64,000 nt of DNA, taken from an uncultured Rikenellaceae bacterium (GTDB lineage Bacteria; Bacteroidota; Bacteroidia; Bacteroidales; VadinHA17). The stretch lies in assembly GCA_964599235.1 (NCBI GenBank), contig CAZRDX010000007.1:156941-220940 (forward strand). Reading direction: 5' to 3'. Below, one piece after another: positions 10,201-18,598 of this stretch (position 1 is the first letter of the stretch; every line of letters begins with the position of its first letter). Position numbers and translations under genes: made by a program. A model generated the notes under the pieces. That model searched no databases. It was not told where the DNA came from and was given only the letters and a program-made list of their open reading frames with translations.

Positions 10201-10270
10201 GGGTCAAACTCACCCCCAGGAACAGCGACATCAGGAAAAGACTGATCTTACCAGTAAAAGTACTTTTCAT
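7256..10270 (-). CDS. SusC/RagA family TonB-dependent transporter
   Basis: N-terminal CarboxypepD_reg-like domain; plug motifs IRGAS/PLYIIDGV and IEVLKGAAAAAIYGSRASNGVVQIFTK; GFDPEV; C-terminal Phe. Confidence 0.95.
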   Translation of the reverse strand: MKSTFTGKISLFLMSLFLGVSLTLAGQTTGGVTYTLEGTVTDAGNEEPIPGVTVMVANTNLGTATDMNGHYTLTLRLQPGTYKVVFSSVGYKTEEKEVELGSAATITLDVALSTDVTRLNEVVVTGVSGFTKKSQLGNSISTVDREDLGQAGHLSIDQALQGNVAGALVMRNSGNPAGGVSVRLRGASTVVGSSDPLYIIDGVIVNNNSTQLINLGGYSQNRLVDIDPNEIDHIEVLKGAAAAAIYGSRASNGVVQIFTKRGQSGKPSITFSSSVNMNEIRKYLPWNDAQLMWDPDNPTQTIPATRYNYQAYIFTKAYGTENYLSVSGGQGNTKYIISGSQYYNGGILRNTDFSRYNFRVRLDQTLTRWMSVSVGTMVSRNNAHEMPNGKNYGPITSLLFADNVKDPRPVDGVYPSIGWMANPYEAVDRIEAPRTNTRSISDVQLKITPLKGLNINYVLGYDHAFNDGRLYIPVGFNTKPYGVSEKATMNTTMLNSDLSASYTVQISPSIKSVTGAGYTYQYDESQYFAIRTNHLGPVSKVTDAGTVTGRSDYRTQRSIWGGYLQETIGVREKLFFTLAGRIDGASTFGKEERNQFYPKASASYLMSEEDFFKNSLGSFVDLFKLRLSWGQAGNLTALAPYSIYTSYNLAPINGQTGLVAPTTSGNSDLRPERQTELEAGFDMGLLSNRLGIEFSWYKQDIEDLLLLRSLAPSTGFGNRYENVGTMTNQGWELMLRGKPVAGKSFSWDITATFSQNHNEVTHVVGGKIDLGMWGTSIAQSGQPLGIFYGYFYARNPDGTLLLDENGFVQRAKGHYEMKTLPDGETIPVAVQDYDPVTGQPTGINLKKIIGDPNPKWIGSLSNQFRYKAFTLFVKIDMVQGYNVMSWDKRMFDLFPGGEATAKELRGEIPKGSSFPKFFIYESFIEDGSFVKLRELSLSYDLKLKTSWIDDLKFTLSGTNLVSWDNYYGFDPEVNTEGQSNGVRGQDMANVPIPRVYRFGVTAHF

Positions 10271-10320
10271 GCCGTAGATCTTTTAATTAGGTTAATACAA
10301 TAATAAAGGTGATGATATGT

Positions 10321-10330
10321 TGTCCGACCA
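10321..10330. promoter_or_regulatory. Candidate GntR/FadR operator TGTCCGACCA
   Basis: TGTCnnACCA box 50 bp upstream of the susC start; same consensus as 10574-10583. Confidence 0.5.
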
Positions 10331-10407
10331 TGGCGGAAAGGTGCTTTGTACAGGATGGAAGGATAAAAGAAGGAAAGAATCCTGAAAATTCCAAATATTT
10401 ATATGAC

Positions 10408-10435
10408 ATCTTACATAATATATATTACAAAAACC
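10408..10435 (-). other. dif-like Xer recombination site candidate
   Basis: Minus strand reads GGTTTTTGTAA-TATATA-TTATGTAAGAT (11-6-11). Right arm matches 9/11 to the E. coli XerD arm TTATGTTAAAT; shares AATATATATTATGTAA with B. subtilis dif as I recall it. Confidence 0.55.
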
Positions 10436-10543
10436 CTTTTCCAACGTCTTTTTTCCGAAAATCGGGCCATTGTATCTTATCAGGTATCTTTCAATGCTTT
10501 ACATTTTTTCATTCTTCGAGAGGCTCACTTTCAGAAAAATGTT

Positions 10544-10551
10544 TACCTTTG
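10544..10551 (+). promoter_or_regulatory. -7 box (TACCTTTG) of the GntR gene
   Basis: Exact TAnnTTTG match 44 bp upstream of ATG 10596. Confidence 0.6.
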
Positions 10552-10573
10552 TGTTAGGACCGATCTCTCAACA

Positions 10574-10586
10574 TGTCATACCAATT
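10574..10586. promoter_or_regulatory. Candidate GntR/FadR operator TGTCATACCAATT
   Basis: Lies between the -7 box and the GntR start codon; the ACCAATT half-site resembles FadR-subfamily operators. Confidence 0.55.
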
Positions 10587-10595
10587 ACCCAACCT

Positions 10596-11357
10596 ATGGA
10601 AAAAGAGAACCTGTTCGGCCCCATAGGGGAATCTCTGACTTTAAGCCAGCGGATCGAACGGAAGATTGAGGAAGCGATCCGGGAGAAGCGTTTACCGGTA
10701 GGGTCGAAGCTTCCCTCGGAAAGGGAGCTTTGTGAGATGTTCGCTGTGAGCCGGACGGCATTGCGTGAGGCGCTGCGTCGACTGAGTGCACGGGGCCTGG
10801 TGGATATCCGCAAAGGAAGTGGTGTTTATGTCTCCGACTACAACATCAAGGATGCCATTTCTTCACTCCTGCTCTATTATGACCTGAAGTTCGATCAGGA
10901 TCTGGTGTTGCAGATCAACCAGGCACGGGCGATGTTTGAGCCGGAGATCGCCCGGCTGGCCGCACGCAATCGCACCGACGAGCATCTGAAAGGATTGCGT
11001 CAGGCGATCGACGATCTGATCGACTGCGACCCGGACAACACCCAGCGGGAAGCCGATCTGGTGAACCGTTTCCATGCCAAGGTCACCGAAGCCAGCGGCA
11101 ACTCGTTCGTGATCATCTCCATGGAACCCATCTTTTCCCTCGTCCCCCGGATCCGGAATTTCATCTATGCCAACATCGAAGGAGAAAAAATGAACATCGT
11201 CCGCGACCATGAACGTATTTACAAGGCCATCCTGAACCAGGACGGAGATACCGCCTACGGCGTGATGAAAGCCCTGATCGAACGAACCAACCGCATCTAC
11301 CTCGAACATCTCCATAAATACAACGTAGAGGAGGGTATCGCCGGCAGCACTTCCTGA
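10596..11357 (+). CDS. GntR family (FadR subfamily) transcriptional regulator
   Basis: wHTH LPSERELCEMFAVSRTALREAL plus FCD-like C-terminal domain (R.MFEPEIARLAARN, FH...EASGN, DHERIY.AI). Start placed at ATG 10596, not 10470. Confidence 0.92.
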   Translation: MEKENLFGPIGESLTLSQRIERKIEEAIREKRLPVGSKLPSERELCEMFAVSRTALREALRRLSARGLVDIRKGSGVYVSDYNIKDAISSLLLYYDLKFDQDLVLQINQARAMFEPEIARLAARNRTDEHLKGLRQAIDDLIDCDPDNTQREADLVNRFHAKVTEASGNSFVIISMEPIFSLVPRIRNFIYANIEGEKMNIVRDHERIYKAILNQDGDTAYGVMKALIERTNRIYLEHLHKYNVEEGIAGSTS

Positions 11358-11747
11358 TTCTTCCTCCGGGAGAAACAGCTCCTCATTTTTGCAACATTCC
11401 GTTCATCCGGCTTTCCTGTGTGGACAGCATCCCTCCAGGAAACGACTGCTGAGCAGGATCACGAAATCCCCGGTCGGCCGTGATGATCCGGGAAGCCACT
11501 CGCTCTCGGGCCCGCATGATCACGGTCCGGGCACGGGTTTCCGGCGGATCCAGGCAGGGTTGTCCGGACATTCACGGCTGATGGCGCCTTCACCCGGCAT
11601 TCTTTGCCTGAAGGGCGGGATCCTTCCCACCCACTACCCGGTATTACGTTGACCCGTCCTGTCATGTAAAGCATCCGCCGTACTTCCCGAAGAACACCTT
11701 TCGGGGTGAGAGGTGGTCATTTTTTTCCGACTCTTCCAAAGATTACA

Positions 11748-11755
11748 TATATTTG
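11748..11755 (+). promoter_or_regulatory. -7 box (TATATTTG) of the AraC gene
   Basis: Exact TAnnTTTG match 34 bp upstream of ATG 11790. Confidence 0.6.
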
Positions 11756-11789
11756 GTATTGTGCCATCTTGTTCAAGAAAGTCAGTTTT

Positions 11790-12974
11790 ATGGAGATCAC
11801 CAGCTATTTCCAGCTCATTCTGCTGATCGGAAGTGCCCTGGCACTTGTGATGGCCTTTTTTCTGTGGCTTAACTCGTCAGGTCTGTTCCAGAACAAGATC
11901 CTGGGCACGATGAACTTTTTCTGGTTCATCATTGTGTTCGTGTTCGCCCTTCAGTCGAAGGATTTCTATCTCAAGTTCCCGCATCTCTCACGCATCGTAT
12001 CGATCGTTCCGCTGACGCTTTTCCCGTTGTTGTTCATATACATCAAGTCGTACCTCTCGGAGGAGCGTTGGCATTTCTGGAACTTTTCCATACACTTCTT
12101 GCCTGCCCTGGCTTATCTCATTGCGATCTCGCCATACTATTTCCAACCGGCCGAAGTCAAGAGGGAGCTGATCGCCAACAATGAGATCCCGGCCTACATT
12201 TATGCAGTAGGGAAAGTGTTCGACGGAGTGATCATCCTGCAGGGTATTTTCTATTCTTCGGCATCGATGCGTCTGATCCAGCATTTCCATCGATCTGTGG
12301 GACGACGGCTAACCCGTTCGCAACGTTACATCCTGGACTGGCTCAAGTTCTTTGTGTTGTCCTATGTCTTTCTCTGGGCCACAGGGGCGGTGGGAGCCAT
12401 TCTGGAGATGCTCGACATCTCCGTACCGCTCGACCTTTTCAAGGTGTTCTACCTGGGGCTCACCGCTCTGACGATCAGTATCGGGATCTTCTCACTGCGC
12501 CGGCCTGAGATCCTGACGAGGAACATACAGGGAGGGAATATGTCCCATGCGGACGAAAATGAAGAGAGGACCAGTCCCGAAGAGGATCTTCATGAGCTGG
12601 AACGCATCCTCGATTATCTGGAAAAAGAAAAGGCTTATCTCAAGAACGATCTTTCTCTGGCCGATCTAGCGGAGGCCACGGGCATTCCCAAGCACCGTAT
12701 CTCCGCCCTGCTCAACAACGAGCTGGGAAAGAACTTTTATGAAGTGATCAATGAATACCGCACGCGGGAAGCCATCCGTCTGATGAACGAAGGAAAACAC
12801 CTTAATTTCACCCTTACCTACATCGCCGAGATGGCCGGTTTCAACTCCAAGGCCACCTTCAACAGGATCTTCAAGAAGATCACCAAGCAGACCCCGTCGG
12901 AATACATCCAGTCACTCTATTCCCGAAAAGAGAAGAGAAAAACCGGCGGAAAAGAAAAAGACGGGGAAACATAG
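11790..12974 (+). CDS. Membrane-anchored AraC family regulator (multi-TM sensor plus C-terminal HTH)
   Basis: About 7 hydrophobic helices followed by YLKNDLSLADLAEATG...GKNFYEVINEYR...AEMAGFNSKATFNRIFKK. Confidence 0.9.
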   Translation: MEITSYFQLILLIGSALALVMAFFLWLNSSGLFQNKILGTMNFFWFIIVFVFALQSKDFYLKFPHLSRIVSIVPLTLFPLLFIYIKSYLSEERWHFWNFSIHFLPALAYLIAISPYYFQPAEVKRELIANNEIPAYIYAVGKVFDGVIILQGIFYSSASMRLIQHFHRSVGRRLTRSQRYILDWLKFFVLSYVFLWATGAVGAILEMLDISVPLDLFKVFYLGLTALTISIGIFSLRRPEILTRNIQGGNMSHADENEERTSPEEDLHELERILDYLEKEKAYLKNDLSLADLAEATGIPKHRISALLNNELGKNFYEVINEYRTREAIRLMNEGKHLNFTLTYIAEMAGFNSKATFNRIFKKITKQTPSEYIQSLYSRKEKRKTGGKEKDGET

Positions 12975-13133
12975 CCTTTCCCCTGTCCAACACCCACATA
13001 CAAGAACAACGTCTCAATAAAAAAAGACTCATTCGTTTGAATGAAACGGATAGGGGCATGCTTCTCCTTGTTCAGATGTAAAAGGGTACTTTCTTTGCTG
13101 CGGTAAAAATCAATTTTTCAAAAAACAAAAAAA

Positions 13134-15368
13134 ATGAGAACGAAGATTTTAGGGATCTTTTTGATCGCCGTGCTTTTTCTGGCGGGTTGTGTAAAACAGG
13201 ATGATATCGACAACCTGCAGAAACAGATCGACGAACTGGAGGAACAGGTGGCCAAAAACACCGAAGCCATCCAGAAGGACCTGCTGCAGCAGATCGCTTC
13301 GCTTCAGTCGGAGCTGGAAGCACTGTCCGCAAAGACCGACGAAGATAATGAAGAGCTGAACGACCTGATCGCCGGTCTTCAGGCCAGTCTTGACACCATC
13401 AGCGAGGATGTCGAGAACAATGCCAAGAGCGTATTTTACGGCAACCTGATCACCGATGAGGATTATGCTGCCTATGTGGAGGCCGGTGCCAATGTGGTGA
13501 CCGGCAAGGTGGTCATTTCCACCGAGGAACAGGCTGACGTCGTAAGCAACCTGCGCTGGGTAGGCCAGGAACTGATCTCCGCCGTAGGTACCCTTGAAGG
13601 TATCCAGAACGTGGGTGGCGATGTGATCATCACCTCCACCGACACCGTCATCGACCTGAAAGGAATGGTCTCCATCGGTGGCGATTTCATGATCCCTGTC
13701 AATCCCAACCTGAAGAACGTGGTAGCCGACGACCTGATGGTGCTGGCCGGTGAACTGGGCATGGAAAGCGGCAACGAGCAGCTCACCTCCATCTCCATGA
13801 AGAACCTGCAGGTCGTGGGTTCCATCTTGCTCGAGAACAACTCCGACAACCTCGGCGGTGCCACTGCCGGCCCCCTCACCGTGATCGAGCTCAACAACGC
13901 CCATGTGGCCGGTGACCTGGAGATGTACTACGTGGTCGACAAATACAGCAACACCGGCACTTCCTTTTCCATCGGACAGGTCGACGGCGATGTGATATTC
14001 GACAACTGCGGTATCGAGACCGTCACCATCGGCACCACCACCCTCCGCGGCGACCTTTCGATCACGAACAACAACATCAAAAACTTCCAGCTTCCCGACC
14101 TGACGAGTGTGGACGGGGATGTCTATCTGGTGGATAACTATTTCAACACCTCGGGAGGTCCTGTGAAGGCCACTTACGTGGGTCTGGAGAACTTCAACGT
14201 ACCCAAACTGGCTGTCATCTCCGGCGACCTGATCGTTGAAGACAACCGTCTGCTGGGGGATGTGCTCAACAAGCTGCCCCGCGTCGACGGTGACATCGTT
14301 TTTTATGTCAAGAACACCTCTCTCGATGTGATCGCTTTTGAGAGCCTGGAGAGCGCAGGCCACGACATCCTGGTTGCCGGCCAATTGAACTCCCTCACGG
14401 CCTTCAACGCCCTGACGACGGTCGACGACTACCGGTCCGTCAGCCTGGGTGCCGACCTCTCTCCCTACAACTTCCTGGTAGTAAGCAATGAGATGAAAGT
14501 GTTCAACAACCTGGAATCCGCCAACGCCACGCTGAAAGTTAGCCGTTACTTCAACAGCAACGGCGGCCTCGGCACCAGCTTCGAGAAGCTTTCCTTCATG
14601 AAGAACATCTATCTCTATTTCTTCTATCGTTACGACGATCTTCCTGACAACAGCTTTGCCTCCCTGAAAAAAGTGGAGAATCTCAAGGTGTACGGTGACA
14701 AGTACAAGGCTCTCGATCTGGATCTGAGCAACTCTTTCGCCAACCTCGATTCCATCACGGGGACCCTCAGCATCTCCAACGACTGGACCTCGTTCACCGG
14801 TCTAATGGCCAAGAACATCAACAAGATCAGCTATTACAACAACATCCAGTACCTCGGGATGCCCGAGTTGGTTTCGCTCTATGCCACTTACGGTGTGACT
14901 TTCCAGGCATATTCGGAAGGGATGACGCTTGATTTCCCCAAGCTGGAGATGATGAACAAACTGACGGTCAAGACCCGTGAGGCCGGCGGCGACATCACCG
15001 TGAACATGCCGGTGCTGGACAGCTGCAACCAGGTGGTGTTCGACTTCTACTATTACACCCCCAACAGCATCACGGCCCAGCTGCCCAATCTGACGGAGGT
15101 GACCAAGCTGACGGTCAAGTTCAAGGAGGTGCTCGACGCTTCCGAGCTGCTGACCGGCCTCACCACCCTGGGCGACAACGCCTACAACCGCAGCAACGAT
15201 GTCATGATCTATTATGTGACGGGACAGACTTTCTGCGGCATGAGCGACTTCTTGAACAATCTTGTCAACAAGAACCAGCTTGACCGGGTGATGCTATACA
15301 AAGACAAAAAATTGGTCCCGGCCAGCAACGAAACTACAGAGATTGGTCTCCTGACCAGCGGCTGTTAA
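13134..15368 (+). CDS. Surface lipoprotein with N-terminal coiled coil and L-domain/LRR-like beta-solenoid repeats
   Basis: Lipobox FLAGC; heptad-rich DDIDNLQKQIDELEEQV...; repeated LxxL/VxGD(L/V)x(I/L)xxN units. Confidence 0.75.
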   Translation: MRTKILGIFLIAVLFLAGCVKQDDIDNLQKQIDELEEQVAKNTEAIQKDLLQQIASLQSELEALSAKTDEDNEELNDLIAGLQASLDTISEDVENNAKSVFYGNLITDEDYAAYVEAGANVVTGKVVISTEEQADVVSNLRWVGQELISAVGTLEGIQNVGGDVIITSTDTVIDLKGMVSIGGDFMIPVNPNLKNVVADDLMVLAGELGMESGNEQLTSISMKNLQVVGSILLENNSDNLGGATAGPLTVIELNNAHVAGDLEMYYVVDKYSNTGTSFSIGQVDGDVIFDNCGIETVTIGTTTLRGDLSITNNNIKNFQLPDLTSVDGDVYLVDNYFNTSGGPVKATYVGLENFNVPKLAVISGDLIVEDNRLLGDVLNKLPRVDGDIVFYVKNTSLDVIAFESLESAGHDILVAGQLNSLTAFNALTTVDDYRSVSLGADLSPYNFLVVSNEMKVFNNLESANATLKVSRYFNSNGGLGTSFEKLSFMKNIYLYFFYRYDDLPDNSFASLKKVENLKVYGDKYKALDLDLSNSFANLDSITGTLSISNDWTSFTGLMAKNINKISYYNNIQYLGMPELVSLYATYGVTFQAYSEGMTLDFPKLEMMNKLTVKTREAGGDITVNMPVLDSCNQVVFDFYYYTPNSITAQLPNLTEVTKLTVKFKEVLDASELLTGLTTLGDNAYNRSNDVMIYYVTGQTFCGMSDFLNNLVNKNQLDRVMLYKDKKLVPASNETTEIGLLTSGC

Positions 15369-15397
15369 TTCGATCGACCCTGATACACACATACCGG

Positions 15398-15444
15398 ACC
15401 ACTCCCTGCCACCTGGTTCTGCCAGGCCAGGGGGTGGTTTTTTT
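15398..15444 (+). terminator. Rho-independent terminator or attenuating hairpin between the lipoprotein and susC
   Basis: ACCACTCCCTG...CAGGGGGTGGT stem followed by a T-run. Confidence 0.65.
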
Positions 15445-15509
15445 CTTTTCCGGCCGGGCCGGTACCGGCGGACTGATCAGGAACAATGAACCCTAACAGA
15501 AACAACATC

Positions 15510-18500
15510 ATGAAACGTTTGCCAGCCGTGCTCGTCCTGCTTCTGCTGATGGCTGTGACGCTGCATGCCCAGATCACCGTCACGGGGACGGTCACCGACC
15601 GTGAGAGCGGCGAGACCCTTCCGGGGGTCAATGTCGTCGTCGAAGGTACGGGCCAGGGGACCATCACCGACCTCGACGGCACCTATTCCGTCACCGTCCC
15701 ATCTGACACAGCGGTGTTGGTTTTCTCTTTTGTAGGTATGGAGACGGTCCGCGAGCGTGTCGGTGACCGGCGGGTCATCGATGTGGCGTTGGCGCCGGCC
15801 ACCAGGCAGCTTCAGGAGGTGATGGTGGTGGCCTACGGCGTAGCCACCAAGGAGGCCTACACCGGCTCGGCCGAAGTGGTCGACCGCGAGGTGATCGAGA
15901 ACAGGCCCGTCACCACCTTCCAGAAGGCGCTGCAGGGCACTACGCCGGGGCTGCAGATCACCAGCAGCACAGGCCAGCCCGGAGCTACACCCACGGTACG
16001 TATCCGCGGAATAGGCTCGTTGAGCGCCGGCAGCGCACCCCTCTATGTCCTGGACGGCGTCCCCATGTCGGGATCCCTCTCCGACCTCAACCCCAACGAC
16101 ATCGAGAGCGTCACCGTTCTCAAGGACGCTGCGGCAGCCTCCCTCTACGGCTCACGGGCCGCCAACGGCGTGATCATCGTCACCACCAAACAGGGCAAAA
16201 AAGGCTCCACCGCCATCTCCTTCACCGCCCAGACAGGTCTCTCCTCGCGCATATCAAAAGGATATCGCCTGATGAACTCCACCGAGTTCTACGAACACTC
16301 CTGGATGGGCCTCTACAACCGCGGCCTCCATGACGGCCTCACCATCGACGAGGCCCGCCTGTTCGCACACGACCATGTTGAGGAGATCGTGGGCTTCAAT
16401 CCTTTTGCCATCGACGACCCGCTCGATGACAACGGCAAAGTGAAACCCGGCACCCGCGTGCTCATCGACACCGACTGGCGTGACGAGGTGTACCATACCG
16501 GCGTGATCCAGGACTACAACCTCAACGTCTCGGGAGGCAGCGAGAGCACCAAGGTCTATTTCTCGCTGGCCTATTTCGATGACAGCGGCACCACCATCGG
16601 CTCCAACTTCACCCGGTATTCCGGCAAGGTGAACGTCTCGCACAAAGTGAACAAGTTCATCACCGCCGGCATGAATAACTATTTCTCCTATTCCGTTGTG
16701 AACGCGCCGCCTTCGGGGTCGGGTCATGCCAATCCGGTACGTTCGGCCGAGGTGATCAATGCCGCCACGCCGGTATACAACGGCGACGGCACCTTCAACT
16801 GGGTGAACACGGCAGTGTATGATTTCAATCCGGTGGGGCTGTCCAAGCTGGACAAATACAATTACAAGACGGCCCGGGCGCTGCTGAACGCTTTCCTGGA
16901 GCTGCACATCCTCCCCACCCTGACGTTCAAGACCAACGGTTCGTTCGACTACAGCAATGCGGACAACCTGCTTTTCTACAATCCCGAACACGGCAACGGC
17001 GCCGGTGTCAACGGTCGCAGCAGCATGTCGCGTTCCAACAACAAAGCCTGGAACATCTCCAACCTGCTCAGCTGGCGCAAGCAGTTCCACCGTTCGAGCT
17101 TCGATGTCATCGCCGGCCAGGAAGCACACGGCGAGACCTACTCGCCTCTGAGCGCTGAGGTGACCGATTTCTCCATCCCCGGCGAATACCATCTCATCTG
17201 GGGTGCCCAGCCGGGCATGCCTTCGAGCTATTCCACCGAGTGGAACATGATCTCCTACCTCAGCCAGGTGAAGTACAGCTACGACGGCCGTTACTATGCC
17301 ACGGCCAGCATCCGTGCCGACGGCAGCTCGCGTTTCGGTGCCAACAACAAGTACGGGGTGTTTTACTCCCTGGGAGGCAGCTGGATCCTCACCAAGGAAG
17401 CATGGATGAACCCTCCCGGATGGCTCAACAACCTTAAATTGCGTACCAGCTACGGCACCTCGGGCAACAACAACATCGGCAACTTCGCCTCTCTCGGTCT
17501 CTACGGCGGCGGGGCCAACTACGGCGGCTACCCCGGCATCACCCCCGTGCAGCTGGCCAACGACAACCTCTCGTGGGAGAAGATCACCACCTTCAACGTG
17601 GGCGTAGAGTTCTATCTCTTCGATCGTCTCAGCGGCGATATCGAATATTACGACCGCAAGTCGGACGCCCTTCTCTATTCCAATCCCCTGTCAGCAGCCA
17701 AAGGTTTCGGCTCGATCATGACCAACCTGGGTGCCATGGTCAACCGCGGTGTGGAGGGTTCGCTGAACTACGATGCCGTGAAACGGGACCATCTCACCTA
17801 CTCGCTGGGCATCAATCTCTCCACCAACCGCAACAAGATCCTCAACCTCAACCAGGACAAGATCCTGGCAGGCACCAAGATCCTCGAGGTGGGCGGCGAC
17901 GTCTACCAGTTCTATCTGCGTGAGTGGGCCGGGGTCAACCCCGACAACGGCCGGCCCATGTGGTACACCCATGCTGAGTCGGACGATGACGAGAACAACA
18001 ACGGCGAGCCCGCCTCCGCCTACCCCGACCCGCTGGGCAGCGGCAAGATGGTGACCAGCGAATATTCCGATGCCGAACGCGTACGGATGGGTTCTGCCCT
18101 CCCGAAGTTCTTCGGCGGCTTCACCAACGACCTGCGATACAGGAACCTCTCGCTAAGCTTTTACTTCTATTTCTCCGTCGGCGCCAAGGTCTACAACGGT
18201 GACTATGCCACCAACATGCACGACGGCAGCAGTCCCGGCTACAACCTGGCCGCCGATGCGTTGCGCGCATGGACCCCCAACAATCGTTACACCGATGTGC
18301 CGCAATATGTGATCAACAACCAGAGCTACAGCAACCAGCTCTCTTCCCGTTTCCTGCAGGATGCCTCTTACCTGCGGCTGAAGAACCTCACCCTCAGCTA
18401 TAACCTTCCCCGCCACTGGGCAGAGAAAGCCCGGATGAAAGGCCTGCGCATCTACCTCACGGCCGAGAACATCTGGACCCTCACCGGTTACGAAGGGTTC

Positions 18501-18587
18501 GACCCCGAAGTAGCCATCAACGGCACCACCGGCAACACCATCCCGGGCACGAAGGTCGTTTCCGTAGGCATCAAACTGGACATGTAA
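15510..18587 (+). CDS. SusC/RagA family TonB-dependent transporter
   Basis: Signal peptide MKRLPAVLVLLLLMAVTLHAQ; VRIRGIGS, PLYVLDGVP, LKDAAAASLYGSRAANGVIIVTTK, GFDPEV. Alternative start at 15486. Confidence 0.95.
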   Translation: MKRLPAVLVLLLLMAVTLHAQITVTGTVTDRESGETLPGVNVVVEGTGQGTITDLDGTYSVTVPSDTAVLVFSFVGMETVRERVGDRRVIDVALAPATRQLQEVMVVAYGVATKEAYTGSAEVVDREVIENRPVTTFQKALQGTTPGLQITSSTGQPGATPTVRIRGIGSLSAGSAPLYVLDGVPMSGSLSDLNPNDIESVTVLKDAAAASLYGSRAANGVIIVTTKQGKKGSTAISFTAQTGLSSRISKGYRLMNSTEFYEHSWMGLYNRGLHDGLTIDEARLFAHDHVEEIVGFNPFAIDDPLDDNGKVKPGTRVLIDTDWRDEVYHTGVIQDYNLNVSGGSESTKVYFSLAYFDDSGTTIGSNFTRYSGKVNVSHKVNKFITAGMNNYFSYSVVNAPPSGSGHANPVRSAEVINAATPVYNGDGTFNWVNTAVYDFNPVGLSKLDKYNYKTARALLNAFLELHILPTLTFKTNGSFDYSNADNLLFYNPEHGNGAGVNGRSSMSRSNNKAWNISNLLSWRKQFHRSSFDVIAGQEAHGETYSPLSAEVTDFSIPGEYHLIWGAQPGMPSSYSTEWNMISYLSQVKYSYDGRYYATASIRADGSSRFGANNKYGVFYSLGGSWILTKEAWMNPPGWLNNLKLRTSYGTSGNNNIGNFASLGLYGGGANYGGYPGITPVQLANDNLSWEKITTFNVGVEFYLFDRLSGDIEYYDRKSDALLYSNPLSAAKGFGSIMTNLGAMVNRGVEGSLNYDAVKRDHLTYSLGINLSTNRNKILNLNQDKILAGTKILEVGGDVYQFYLREWAGVNPDNGRPMWYTHAESDDDENNNGEPASAYPDPLGSGKMVTSEYSDAERVRMGSALPKFFGGFTNDLRYRNLSLSFYFYFSVGAKVYNGDYATNMHDGSSPGYNLAADALRAWTPNNRYTDVPQYVINNQSYSNQLSSRFLQDASYLRLKNLTLSYNLPRHWAEKARMKGLRIYLTAENIWTLTGYEGFDPEVAINGTTGNTIPGTKVVSVGIKLDM

Positions 18588-18598
18588 ACACCTCAGTC

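Noticed and set aside
11490-11505. GGGAAGCCACT resembling cobalamin riboswitch elements
   Set aside because: The conserved blocks are in the wrong order, and the downstream gene is an AraC regulator, not a B12-related gene.
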